From an uncultured delta proteobacterium (GTDB taxonomy: Bacteria; Desulfobacterota; Binatia; UBA9968), in NCBI GenBank assembly GCA_963816145.1, contig CAWFJP010000018.1:1-64000 (forward strand): a stretch of 64,000 nucleotides of DNA, in the 5' to 3' direction. Numbering within the stretch: position 1 is the first letter of the stretch; each line of letters opens with the position of its first letter. The notes under the pieces were generated by a model. It did not search any database, was not told the origin of the DNA, and saw only the letters and a list, made by a program, of their open reading frames with translations. A program made the translations under genes and the position numbers. Below are positions 1 through 9,415 of the stretch, in pieces.

Positions 1-770
1 AGTTGTTCGAGATACTTAATATAATCGCTCAGCGAGCGGCCCAAAGCGCGCCGGTTCATCAAACAAATATCCCGCCACAGCTCAGGCCTGCTCGACGCGA
101 TGCGGGTAAAATCCTTGAATCCGCCGGCGCAGTAGCTCTTCAGATCGACGCCTTTGAGCTGGGTTCGATTGAGCGCATTGACCAACGCGAAGACGAGCAC
201 ATGCGGCAAATGACTGATCACGCCGAGAACCTGGTCGTGAACATCGGGAGGCATGATCTCGACCTCCGCGCCCACCTGGCGCCAGAGGTCGGCGACTTTT
301 TTCAACGCCTTTTTGTCGGTCTTTTTGGTCGGAGTCAGCACGCAGCGATGGCGCACGAACAAATTCTCGCGCGCCGCCTGGGCGCCCCACTGCTCGCTGC
401 CGGCAATCGGATGGCCGGCGACAAAAGAAATATGCTTGGGCAGGATTTTCTCCATGCCGCGAACGATTTCGCCTTTGACACTGCCGACATCGCTGACGAT
501 ACAACCCTTTTCCAACCCCGGCAGAAACGCTTGGGTCAGCGGCACGATGGTCTCCACTGGCGTGCCTAGCATGAGAAAGTCGACCCCTGTGGGGAAATCG
601 CCTTCGCGCAGGAAATAGCAGTCGATCAGCCCTTTTTTCTTGGCGAGTTTCAAATTGCTTTCGCTGCGGCCGAAACCGACGACTTCTTTGACCAGTTTGC
701 GCCGACGCAAGTCGAGAGCCAGAGAACCGCAGATGAGCCCCACTCCCGCCAATACCATTTTTTCAAACAT
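1..770 (-). CDS. tyrA: Prephenate/arogenate dehydrogenase (3' end runs off the window)
   Basis: Absent from the ORF track. Manual translation from ATG 770 gives MFEKMVLAGVGLICGSLALDLRRRKLVKEVVGFGRS, a TyrA-type Rossmann N-terminus. It lies directly downstream of pheA-hisC. Confidence 0.88.
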   Translation of the reverse strand, partial: MFEKMVLAGVGLICGSLALDLRRRKLVKEVVGFGRSESNLKLAKKKGLIDCYFLREGDFPTGVDFLMLGTPVETIVPLTQAFLPGLEKGCIVSDVGSVKGEIVRGMEKILPKHISFVAGHPIAGSEQWGAQAARENLFVRHRCVLTPTKKTDKKALKKVADLWRQVGAEVEIMPPDVHDQVLGVISHLPHVLVFALVNALNRTQLKGVDLKSYCAGGFKDFTRIASSRPELWRDICLMNRRALGRSLSDYIKYLEQ

Positions 771-799
771 CACTGCCACGATCTTGATAACTCCCGCTG

Positions 800-1897
800 C
801 TAAAAACTCTTGATGACCTTTTGCAACGCCCCGATAAACTTTCGATTCTCATCCATGGTGCCCACCGTCACCCGCACATGTTCGGGGAACTGGTAGCCGC
901 CCATGGGCCGCACGATGACACCTTGGCCGAGCAGCTGCTTGAACACTTCTTGGCCTTTGCCGACACGCACCAAGATGAAATTGCCGTGGCTCGGCACGAA
1001 CTCCAAACCGAGTTTTTTGAATTCGCCGCCGAGAAACGCGAGTCCTTCCCGGTTTAACGCCAAACTGCGCTGCACATGATCGCTATCGTCCAACGCCGCC
1101 AAGGCCGCCCACTGGGCCGGAGCATTGACGTTGAAGGGCTGGCGCACCCGCTGCATCATCGAAATGACTTCCCGCGGACCGATACCATAGCCGACGCGCA
1201 AGCCAGCCAAACCGTAGAGCTTGGAAAAGGTTCGCAGCGTGAGCATGGGAAGGTCTTCACTCTGGTACTTGAGCGAATCCGGGTAGCCGGCGTCTTGCAC
1301 ATATTCGAAGTACGCTTCATCGACGATCAAAAGCACATCCTTTGGCAGCTTAGCGAGAAACTCTTCCCACTCCGGGCGCCGATAGATCGTCCCAGTGGGA
1401 TTATTCGGGTTGGCGAGAAAAACGATTTTGGTCTCGGCCGTCACCGCGGCGGCGATGGCACCGAGGTCGTGGGTGTAGTCACGCAGCGGTACTTGCACGC
1501 TCCTACCGCCTACTGCTTGAATGATCAGCTGGTAAACGACAAACGCCTGGCGCGCCATGACCGCCTGGTCCCCCGGCCGCATAAAGGCGCGCACGGCCAA
1601 TTCGATAATCTCGTTGGAGCCGTTGCCAAAGATCAACTGCTCCGGCGCTACGCCAACTTTCTTCGCCAGGCCGTTTTTCAGATAGTAACAATCGCCGTCG
1701 GGATAGAGATTGAGTTCGCCCAACTTGGCGCGAATCGCCGCCACCGCTTTCGGCGAAGGACCCAAGGGATTCTCGTTGGACGCAAGCTTGGTGGAATGGG
1801 CAATGCCATATTCCCGCTCGACCTCTTCGATCGGCTTACCCGGCTCATACGGAATCAGCGTGCGAATGTATTCCGGTAGTTGTTCGACAATCTTCAT
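800..1897 (-). CDS. hisC: Histidinol-phosphate aminotransferase
   Basis: KLASNENPLGPS, GNGSNE, NPNNPTG, DEAY and RTFSKLYGLAGLRVGY motifs. The start ATG 1897 overlaps the pheA stop (ATGA). Confidence 0.95.
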   Translation of the reverse strand: MKIVEQLPEYIRTLIPYEPGKPIEEVEREYGIAHSTKLASNENPLGPSPKAVAAIRAKLGELNLYPDGDCYYLKNGLAKKVGVAPEQLIFGNGSNEIIELAVRAFMRPGDQAVMARQAFVVYQLIIQAVGGRSVQVPLRDYTHDLGAIAAAVTAETKIVFLANPNNPTGTIYRRPEWEEFLAKLPKDVLLIVDEAYFEYVQDAGYPDSLKYQSEDLPMLTLRTFSKLYGLAGLRVGYGIGPREVISMMQRVRQPFNVNAPAQWAALAALDDSDHVQRSLALNREGLAFLGGEFKKLGLEFVPSHGNFILVRVGKGQEVFKQLLGQGVIVRPMGGYQFPEHVRVTVGTMDENRKFIGALQKVIKSF

Positions 1898-2970
1898 CGG
1901 CCGCTCGCGTAGGAGCCCAAGATTTTTAGAAACACGCAGTTTTTTTCCAGTTCGGCCATCGCCTTTTTCACCGCCGGTTGTTGCCGATGTCCCATCAAGT
2001 CCAGGAAGAACAAATATTCCCACGGTTTGTTCTTGATCGGCCGGGATTCGATCTTGGACAGATTGATCCGGCTCCTGGCGAAAGGCTGAAGCATTTGAAA
2101 CAACACACCGGGCTTATCTTTGGCGGAGAATACCAGCGAGGTTTTGTCGTCGCCGCAGGGCTTGGTCAGCTGGTTACCGATGACCAAGAAGCGCGTGATG
2201 TTGTTGCTGCGGTCTTCGATATTGCTCGCCACCGCGGCGAGACCGTAAACCTCTTTGGCCAAGGCGCTGGAGATCGCAGCGATACTGCCGTCATTGGCGG
2301 CGGCGATCGCGCCATGGGCCGTGCTCGCCACCTCCTCCACGGTGATTTTCGGGAAATGCGCGGTCAACCAAGCGCGGCACTGGGCTAGTGCCTGGGGATG
2401 AGACATGATCCTTCTCACGTCTTCGGCTTTACCGCTCTTGGACAAAAGATGGTGGTGAATATCCAAATAAACTTCGGCGCAAATTTGCAGGTCCGATTCG
2501 ACCAAACAATCGAGGGTATGCGCCACCACGCCTTCCGTGGAGTTCTCGATCGGCACTACGCCAAACGAGGCGCGGCCCTGACTGACTTCCTGAAAGACCT
2601 CGGGAATGCTCGCCGTCGCCCGCAGCTCGGATGACGAACCGAACTTTTCTTTCGCCGCCAGATGACTGTAGGTCGCTTCCGCGCCGAAGAAGGCGACTTT
2701 GAGCGGCGCCTCAAGTGACCGGCAGCCGGAAATGATCTCGCGAAAAACGCAACGGACAGCGTCAGCAGGAAGTGGGCCGCGATTCAATTCGGAGATACGT
2801 TGGAGAATTTCCTTCTCGCGATTGGGGACGTAAACCTCTTGGCTGGATCGGCTCTTACTGTGGCCGATGCGTTGTGCCAGCGAAGCCCGAGCGTTTAGCA
2901 GGTTAACGATTTTTGCATCAATCTGATCGATTTTACTTCTTAGAACATCGACCGACTCGTTTCGACTCAA
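1894..2970 (-). CDS. pheA: Bifunctional chorismate mutase/prephenate dehydratase
   Basis: LRSKIDQID chorismate mutase N-terminus, VPIENSTEG, SHPQALAQC, NITRF and the ACT motif IESRP. Probable TTG start at 2970 after GAGG. Confidence 0.95.
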   Translation of the reverse strand: MSRNESVDVLRSKIDQIDAKIVNLLNARASLAQRIGHSKSRSSQEVYVPNREKEILQRISELNRGPLPADAVRCVFREIISGCRSLEAPLKVAFFGAEATYSHLAAKEKFGSSSELRATASIPEVFQEVSQGRASFGVVPIENSTEGVVAHTLDCLVESDLQICAEVYLDIHHHLLSKSGKAEDVRRIMSHPQALAQCRAWLTAHFPKITVEEVASTAHGAIAAANDGSIAAISSALAKEVYGLAAVASNIEDRSNNITRFLVIGNQLTKPCGDDKTSLVFSAKDKPGVLFQMLQPFARSRINLSKIESRPIKNKPWEYLFFLDLMGHRQQPAVKKAMAELEKNCVFLKILGSYASGR

Positions 2971-3075
2971 TGACGACCTCACCCGGCGCAAACCAACAAG
3001 GATAGATACCTTGGCACCGTGCGACGTAAGCTATCTTAATAATTAGAGAATTGCAAATATTGCCAGTCCGCTCGC

Positions 3076-3106
3076 TTGACTCCGCGGGGGTTCTCCCGTT
3101 TACTCT
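3076..3106 (+). promoter_or_regulatory. Possible sigma70 promoter for the RluA gene
   Basis: TTGACT-N19-TACTCT ending 8 nt before ATG 3115. The spacer is long. Confidence 0.3.
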
Positions 3107-3114
3107 GCGGTGCC

Positions 3115-3999
3115 ATGCGGGAAATTGTCCTGGGAAGCAACGATAGCGGCAAGAAACTCGAGAACTACCTCAAGAAAGCATTCCCCATCGGTTACGTCCG
3201 CAAGCTTTTTCGTAAGAACGGCATTCGCTTGAACGGTCAGCGCGCCAAACCGCAAGACGCGCTCCGCGCCGGCGACAAGATCCAGCTATACATTCCATTT
3301 GAAAAGGACGCCCCTCGAAACCAGCCAAACGCGCCCACGCAGAAACTCGCCATCGTTTTCGAAGACCCAAACTTGCTGGTCATCGACAAACCCGCCGGCA
3401 TGGCCGTTCACGAAGGGAGAACTGTCAGCAAACGCGAGTCCGTGCTGGGCATTTTGGAACAGCAATACCGAGACAGCCAGATCAAACCGCAACTCGTCCA
3501 TCGCCTAGACCAATATACTTCCGGCCTGCTGCTGGTGGCAAAAAATCTCCGCGCTGCCGACGAGCTGGAGCAAGCATTCGAAACCGGTGCCGTCGATAAA
3601 GAGTACTGCGCTTTAGTGGTTGGCCGGTTGGCGAATGATCAAGGCAAGATCGACACGCCCTTGCCAGGGCGCGACGGCAACCCAGTACGCGCCCTGACCC
3701 GTTATCGGGTCGTTAAGCGCTATTCGAAGGTCACCCTGGTCCGGGTCGCCATCGAGACCGGCCGGCTGCACCAAATCCGCCTCCACTTCGCCCAACTCGG
3801 CCATCCGGTCGTCATGGACGATCAACATGGCGACTTCGCTTTCAACAAAGCCTTTCGTCGGGGATACGGTTTGAAGCGGCAGTTCTTGCACGCGGAGAAA
3901 CTACGCGTGACCATGGCGGGTAAAGTCTGCCAGTGGCAAGTAAAACTTCCAAAAGATCTGGAACGAACGCTAGACTTGCTGGCGGAGCAAAAGCTGTAG
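3115..3999 (+). CDS. RluA/RluC-family pseudouridine synthase with S4 domain
   Basis: IDKPAG, catalytic VHRLD, TGRLHQIR and LHA motifs; N-terminal S4-like segment. Confidence 0.92.
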   Translation: MREIVLGSNDSGKKLENYLKKAFPIGYVRKLFRKNGIRLNGQRAKPQDALRAGDKIQLYIPFEKDAPRNQPNAPTQKLAIVFEDPNLLVIDKPAGMAVHEGRTVSKRESVLGILEQQYRDSQIKPQLVHRLDQYTSGLLLVAKNLRAADELEQAFETGAVDKEYCALVVGRLANDQGKIDTPLPGRDGNPVRALTRYRVVKRYSKVTLVRVAIETGRLHQIRLHFAQLGHPVVMDDQHGDFAFNKAFRRGYGLKRQFLHAEKLRVTMAGKVCQWQVKLPKDLERTLDLLAEQKL

Positions 4000-4052
4000 A
4001 GTCCCCATTCGCGGATTGTCAGAAGCCGTCGTCTCGAGCAGAAAAAAGACTT

Positions 4053-4135
4053 GTCATGCCGGCGCAAGCCGGCATCCATCTTCGCTCACAATACAGGATC
4101 AAGAGAAACCTGGATTCCGCCTGCGCGGGAATGAC
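4053..4135. repeat. REP-like palindromic element (GTCAT..ATCCA / TGGAT..ATGAC)
   Basis: GTCATGCCGGCGCAAGCCGGCATCCA ... TGGATTCCGCCTGCGCGGGAATGAC form inverted arms between convergent genes. A related copy is at 55852-55934. Confidence 0.8.
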
Positions 4136-4185
4136 GAAATGGAGAATCAACCTCTATCGGACGCTCCCACCGAAACACAACACCA

Positions 4186-4821
4186 TCACAGCTTGCGCAC
4201 TAGCATGATGCCATCGCGCACCGGCAACAGGACATTCTCGACGCGCGGGTCGCTGCGAATTCGTTTATTGAGCGCGTCCAAGGATTTCGTGCAGTCGTCT
4301 TGCGGATCGAGCACCTGGCCGTCGCGCAGGACGTTATCGATGACGATCAAGCCGCGTGCGCGGGTCAATTCCAGGCAAACGTCATAGTAGACGCCGTAGT
4401 TTTCCTTGTCGGCATCGATGAAGCAGAGATCGAAAGGGCCCAACACGCGCTTCAAGATCTCCGCGGCGGTGCCGACCTTGACCTCGATCTTGTCTTTATG
4501 CGCGCTCTCGGCAAAGTAACGTTTGGCGATGTCCGCAGCCACCGGGTCGATTTCGCAAGCCACGATGGTCCCACCCTTGGGCAACGCCTCAGCCAACGCC
4601 AGAGTGCTGTAGCCGGTGAACATGCCGATCTCCAGGATCCGGCGCGCGCCGGTGAGACCGACAAGCATTTTAAGAAATTGCCCTTCCAGGGCGCCCACCA
4701 TCATCTGCGGGTTGCGCGTCTTGGAATAGGTCTCCACCCACAGCTTGTCGTGCAGCGCAGACAACGGTTTGCTGCACCGCTCCGCATAATCTTCAATCCC
4801 TATGGGTCGAACGTCGAGCAT
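4186..4821 (-). CDS. Class I SAM-dependent O-methyltransferase (caffeoyl-CoA OMT-like)
   Basis: ILEIGMFTGYS, FIDADK, IDNVL and LPVRDG motifs. Confidence 0.9.
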   Translation of the reverse strand: MLDVRPIGIEDYAERCSKPLSALHDKLWVETYSKTRNPQMMVGALEGQFLKMLVGLTGARRILEIGMFTGYSTLALAEALPKGGTIVACEIDPVAADIAKRYFAESAHKDKIEVKVGTAAEILKRVLGPFDLCFIDADKENYGVYYDVCLELTRARGLIVIDNVLRDGQVLDPQDDCTKSLDALNKRIRSDPRVENVLLPVRDGIMLVRKL

Positions 4822-4871
4822 GCAAAAAATCCTAATTCACTAACTCGCTAATCACAAAAACCCCAGTACAC

Positions 4872-5621
4872 TCACGACCCGGTCAGCCGCATGCCGCCGT
4901 CCACCGGCAAGATCGCTGCCGTCACCATCGAAGCCTCGTCCGAAGCGAGGTAGACCGCAGCATAGGCGACGTCTTCGGGCTCGCCGATGCGGCCGATCGG
5001 CACGCGAGTCTTGTAACGCGCAAGTTTTTCCGGCGTCGAGGTATCGACCATCGGCGTGCGCGTCGGCCCGGGACAAATACAATTGACCCGAATCTTGTCC
5101 TTGGCATGATCCATCGCCATCGCTTCAGTCAGCGTCACCATGCCTCCCTTGGACGCGCAGTAAGCCGCCCGCCCAGCTTGGCCGAGCATACCCGAGCGCG
5201 CCGCGATATGCAGAATCACGCCGCCGCCGCGTTTTTTCATCTCAGGGATCGCCAGGCGTGAAGCGACGAACACGGCGCGAAGATTGGTATCCAGGGTACG
5301 GTCCCACTCATCTTCGGTAATTTCAGTGATACTGCCATTGGTGCGCACGCCGGCACTGTTGACCAGGATGTCGAGGCCGCCGAACTCTTTGACCGTGTCC
5401 CAGACCAAACCCGCCATTTGCACCGAATCGCAAATGTCGCCGGCGCGAAACAGCGCCTTACCGCCGGCCTTCTCGATCGTCGCCACGGTTTCCAGTCCTT
5501 TAGCTTCGGTCTTGGAAATGCCCGCAACCGCCGCACCCTCTTTGGCAAACATGATCGCGATAGCTTGACCCAAGCCCGAGCCGAAACCGGTCACTAACGC
5601 GACCTTCCCTTGCAGTTTCAT
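4872..5621 (-). CDS. SDR family oxidoreductase
   Basis: TGFGSGLG, NSAG, YCASKGG, IRVNCICPG and VDGG motifs. Start at MKLQGK after GGAGG. Confidence 0.92.
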   Translation of the reverse strand: MKLQGKVALVTGFGSGLGQAIAIMFAKEGAAVAGISKTEAKGLETVATIEKAGGKALFRAGDICDSVQMAGLVWDTVKEFGGLDILVNSAGVRTNGSITEITEDEWDRTLDTNLRAVFVASRLAIPEMKKRGGGVILHIAARSGMLGQAGRAAYCASKGGMVTLTEAMAMDHAKDKIRVNCICPGPTRTPMVDTSTPEKLARYKTRVPIGRIGEPEDVAYAAVYLASDEASMVTAAILPVDGGMRLTGS

Positions 5622-5664
5622 CGCAAAACCTCCGTAAGTGCACAAGATATACAATTGCCGCAAG

Positions 5665-5694
5665 GTTGACTCAACTATAGGCGGTTGTTATTTT
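5665..5694 (+). promoter_or_regulatory. Sigma70-type promoter of the CobW-family gene, with a palindrome over the -35
   Basis: TTGACT(5666)-N17-TATTTT(5689) with an extended TG. GTTGA-C-TCAAC palindrome at 5665-5675. Confidence 0.5.
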
Positions 5695-5725
5695 TTAATC
5701 AGTCGAACACGAGGAATTTTTCGCT

Positions 5726-6982
5726 ATGGCCGAAAGCATCGATCAACGCATTCCGGTAACCGTCTTGACGGGTTTTTTGGGCGCCGGCAAAACTACCCTG
5801 CTCAACCGCATCCTGACCGCCGACCATGGCCGGCGCGTCGCTGTCATAGTCAACGAGTTCGGCGAGGTCGGCATCGACCATCACCTTCTGATCTCCTCGG
5901 ACCAGGAAGTCGTCGAGATGAGCAACGGCTGCATTTGTTGCAGCGTGCGCGGCGACTTGCTGCGCAGTCTGTTTCAACTGCTCGAGCACCGGGAAAAGTT
6001 CGACACCTTGATGATAGAGACCACCGGTTTGGCCGACCCGGCGCCGGTGGTGCAGAGCTTTTTCATCGACGACCAGATTAAAACCGCGTACGCCCTTAAT
6101 GGCGTCGTCACCGTGGTCGACGCCAAACATATCTTCTACCAACTCAGCAGTTCGCCGGAAGCCAAGGAGCAGATCGCCTTCGCCGACATGGTGCTGCTTA
6201 ACAAGATCGACCTGATCAACCCCGAAGATCTGCCGGAGTTGGAATTCAAGTTAAGAAATTTAAACGGCGCCGCTCGCGTCTGCCAGACGAGAAATTCCGA
6301 TATCGATATAGGCATGGTTCTCGACCTGCGCGGCCTCGATCTCGAAATCAAAGCCGCCAAACATGACCACCATCACGCCCATACCGAGGACATCGAAACC
6401 GTCGCCATCGAAGTTCCCGGCGATCTCGACGGCGTCAAGATCAGCCAATGGTTCCGCGAGCTGATCGGTGAATTCGGTGAGCGCATCATGCGCATGAAGG
6501 GAATACTCAACCTGCGCAAAGACCCCGATCAGTTCGTCTTCCAAGGAGTCCATATGCTCTTCGAAGGCCGCCCCGGCCGTAGTTGGGCGGAAGCCGAGGA
6601 GCGGATCAATCGGCTGGTGTTTATCGGCCGCAACTTGAACAAAGACAAAATAACCCAGGGCTTCATGAACTGCATCACCACCGACGGTGAATACGCCTCG
6701 GCGGACGATGTCGACCCCTACGGCAAGAAACAAGAGGTCTCTAAATTCACTCTCGATCAAATCCGCTACTGGGTGCAAACCATTCTCGAATTCCCTCCCG
6801 ACGCCCCTATCGTCGTCAAAGAAGTCCCCTGCGTCAAAGCCGGCTGCCCGCCGGTCGAAACCGCCCTGATGGTATTCCTAAAAAACGAGCCGCCACGCAC
6901 GTTTAAAATCCTCGCGCGCATCAACGACGTGAATTTCGATCATGTGTATAACTTGATTGAGAATCCGTTGCCGTGTTGCTGA
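5726..6982 (+). CDS. COG0523/CobW family G3E GTPase (metallochaperone) with an extra C-terminal Cys-rich domain
   Basis: [23 protein letters not shown], His-rich linker HDHHHAH and CobW_C (RMKG, LVFIG). About 80 extra aa carry [14 protein letters not shown] and end in PCC. Confidence 0.92.
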   Translation: MAESIDQRIPVTVLTGFLGAGKTTLLNRILTADHGRRVAVIVNEFGEVGIDHHLLISSDQEVVEMSNGCICCSVRGDLLRSLFQLLEHREKFDTLMIETTGLADPAPVVQSFFIDDQIKTAYALNGVVTVVDAKHIFYQLSSSPEAKEQIAFADMVLLNKIDLINPEDLPELEFKLRNLNGAARVCQTRNSDIDIGMVLDLRGLDLEIKAAKHDHHHAHTEDIETVAIEVPGDLDGVKISQWFRELIGEFGERIMRMKGILNLRKDPDQFVFQGVHMLFEGRPGRSWAEAEERINRLVFIGRNLNKDKITQGFMNCITTDGEYASADDVDPYGKKQEVSKFTLDQIRYWVQTILEFPPDAPIVVKEVPCVKAGCPPVETALMVFLKNEPPRTFKILARINDVNFDHVYNLIENPLPCC

Positions 6983-7053
6983 AACCGAAATCGAGCGTCG
7001 GCTTTCAAGGCCCCCCCGCAAAAAGTGCGGACAAGAATGTCGCGCTCATTTAT

Positions 7054-8460
7054 CTACTCGACAACCAACTTCCTGACGATCTCATACATCGCCCGGATCG
7101 CCGAAGTCAGCCGCTCCACCGGCATGCGTTCATCGACACCGTGAACCAAGCCCTCACTGCTTGGCGTGCTGCGCTGGGGTAGGAAACCTAGACACGGGAT
7201 ACCTTTAGCGCGAAAAAAGTGGCAATCGGTAAAGCCGCTGCCGACGGGAAACAATACGGCTGCGCCCGGATCGTTGGCTTTGGCGTAATCGGTAATGACT
7301 TTCATCGCTTCCGGACTGGTCGGCGAAGTCGCCGCCGTGCGCGAAAGCAGAATCTCTATCTTGATCGATTCATCGGCAAGCACGCGGCGCAGTTCACCAA
7401 TAAACGCCTGTGGCTCTTCGCCGGGCAACAATCGCACGTCGACTTCGGCCGAAGCCTCGGCAGGGATGACATTGATCTTATCGGAGCCTTTGATGCCTGT
7501 AATGGAAATAGTATTGCGTACTCGGGCGTTATTGCTGCGGTCTTTGAGAAACTCGGTGGCGAACGCGGGCTCTTGCAAGGCTTTGCGTAAGTCCAAGTAT
7601 TGCTCGCGCCTATCGGCCGGCGCCGTCACCGCGCTATCGGCGTAGAACTTCTGCACTTCGGGAACTACTTTGATCGGGCTCTGATAGCTCGCCAACCGGT
7701 TGAGCGCTGTGATCAACTTGAGCACAGCCTGGTTGTCGCCCGGCGACGCGGCGTGGCCCGGCGTCCCCGGTGCCGTCAGCTTCAACCAAAGCGGCACCTT
7801 TTCCGCGACACCGACGCTGTACAGGCGGGTGCGGCCGTCATCGCCGACGCGGATGCCGCCGCCTTCGTTAAGCACCACGCTGACATCTTTAAAGAGATCG
7901 GCATGCTTTTCGAGCAGGAAGCTCGCGCCCAGCATGCCGCCGGCTTCCTCGTCGGCCGTGCCGAGAAAAATCACATCGCCCTTGAGCGCAATTCCTTGCC
8001 GCTTCAAGGTTAGTAGCGTCATCAACTCCATGACGCCGCCGCCTTTGTTATCGAGCGACCCGCGTCCCCAGATCTCGCCGCCTTTAACCAGGCCGCCAAA
8101 CGGCGGCTCTTTCCAAAGTTTCATGTCGGCCGGCACCACGTCCATGTGATGCATCAGCACGAGCGCTTTTTTGGAACCATTGCCGCGCAGCCGCGCGTAG
8201 AGGTTGGCACGGCCGGGCGCCGATTCGATGATGCGCGCCTCGATGCCTTCTTTGTCCAGCAGCGCTTTGAGAAACGCCGCCGCCGTCATTTCATTGCCGG
8301 GAGGATTGGTCGTGTCGACTTGAATGTAGCGGCTGAGAATCGACACAGCTTCATCCCCCAACGCTTTCCAGTCGAGCTTGGCGTCGGCGCCAAAGCTAGA
8401 ACTTACCGTCGCGATATAGATCACGACGAGGACCGAAAACCCGTTTACGACTCGCTTCAT
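7054..8460 (-). CDS. Exported M20/M25/M40 family metallohydrolase
   Basis: Signal peptide; TTNPPGNE, HMDVV, DNKG, DEE, NEGG and HGVDE metal-binding motifs. Confidence 0.9.
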   Translation of the reverse strand: MKRVVNGFSVLVVIYIATVSSSFGADAKLDWKALGDEAVSILSRYIQVDTTNPPGNEMTAAAFLKALLDKEGIEARIIESAPGRANLYARLRGNGSKKALVLMHHMDVVPADMKLWKEPPFGGLVKGGEIWGRGSLDNKGGGVMELMTLLTLKRQGIALKGDVIFLGTADEEAGGMLGASFLLEKHADLFKDVSVVLNEGGGIRVGDDGRTRLYSVGVAEKVPLWLKLTAPGTPGHAASPGDNQAVLKLITALNRLASYQSPIKVVPEVQKFYADSAVTAPADRREQYLDLRKALQEPAFATEFLKDRSNNARVRNTISITGIKGSDKINVIPAEASAEVDVRLLPGEEPQAFIGELRRVLADESIKIEILLSRTAATSPTSPEAMKVITDYAKANDPGAAVLFPVGSGFTDCHFFRAKGIPCLGFLPQRSTPSSEGLVHGVDERMPVERLTSAIRAMYEIVRKLVVE

Positions 8461-8479
8461 GCATGCCTCCGGTGCGCTG

Positions 8480-9397
8480 TCAGTTTAACAAGAATGCCTT
8501 GACGGCGGTGAAAATTTCACAAGCCTGTACCGGATGAAACCAACGAATCTCTTTGTCGCCGCGGAACCAGGTCAGTTGGCGCTTGGCCAGTTGGCGGGTC
8601 ACTTGTTTCATCTCTTCCAGGGCCGCGTCAATGGTAAGCGATCCACGAACGACTTTAGCCATCTGGGCATAGCCGACGCTACGCAAGGATTTCAACTCGA
8701 GGGAGTAACCGCGCGACGCTAACCCTCTGACTTCATCGAGAAAGCCAGCCTCGACCATCGCCACACTGCGACGATTGATGCGACCGTAAAGTTCGGCGCG
8801 CTCGCAATTCAAACCGATCTTCAGTACTTCGAATGGCTGCTCTTGAAAGCGATGCTCATTGTGCCATTGACTGATCGGCCTGCCAGTCAATTGGTAAACC
8901 TCCATAGCGCGAATGGTGCGAAGGCGGTCGTTGGGATGGATCGTCGAAGTGACCGTCGGATCGATTTCGGCCAGTCGGCGGTATACCGATTGCAATCCAG
9001 ACTCCTCGATTTCTTTCTCTAGGCTGGCGCGTATTTCTAAATCTTGCCCCGCTCCCTCGAACAGTCCGCGCGTCAGCGCCTTGAGATAGAGCCCGGTGCC
9101 GCCACAGACGATCGCGTTACGCTTTCGTTCATCGACCTGGTAAATCACCTCGCTCGCCAGATGGCGAAACATCGCCGCGTTGAATTCCTGGTCTGGAGTG
9201 ACCACGTCGATCAGATGATGGCGCACACGCTGACGGTCCGCCATCGACGGCTTGCCGGTACCGATATCCATGTAACGATAGACCTGCTGCGAGTCGGCAT
9301 TGACAATCTCGCCATCCAACTGACTGGCGAGTTCCAGCGCCAGGGCGCTTTTTCCCACCGCCGTCGGCCCGAGGATGATGGCGATTTTCGGTTTCAT
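8480..9397 (-). CDS. miaA: tRNA dimethylallyltransferase
   Basis: GPTAVGKS, DSQQVY, GGTGLY, HPND and AKRQLTWF motifs; downstream of mutL. Confidence 0.96.
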   Translation of the reverse strand: MKPKIAIILGPTAVGKSALALELASQLDGEIVNADSQQVYRYMDIGTGKPSMADRQRVRHHLIDVVTPDQEFNAAMFRHLASEVIYQVDERKRNAIVCGGTGLYLKALTRGLFEGAGQDLEIRASLEKEIEESGLQSVYRRLAEIDPTVTSTIHPNDRLRTIRAMEVYQLTGRPISQWHNEHRFQEQPFEVLKIGLNCERAELYGRINRRSVAMVEAGFLDEVRGLASRGYSLELKSLRSVGYAQMAKVVRGSLTIDAALEEMKQVTRQLAKRQLTWFRGDKEIRWFHPVQACEIFTAVKAFLLN

Positions 9398-9415
9398 GCA
9401 ATGGAAGAAAACTAC

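Noticed and set aside
3-569. 188 aa plus-strand ORF
   Set aside because: Antisense shadow of tyrA, which the ORF track missed because it runs off the window.
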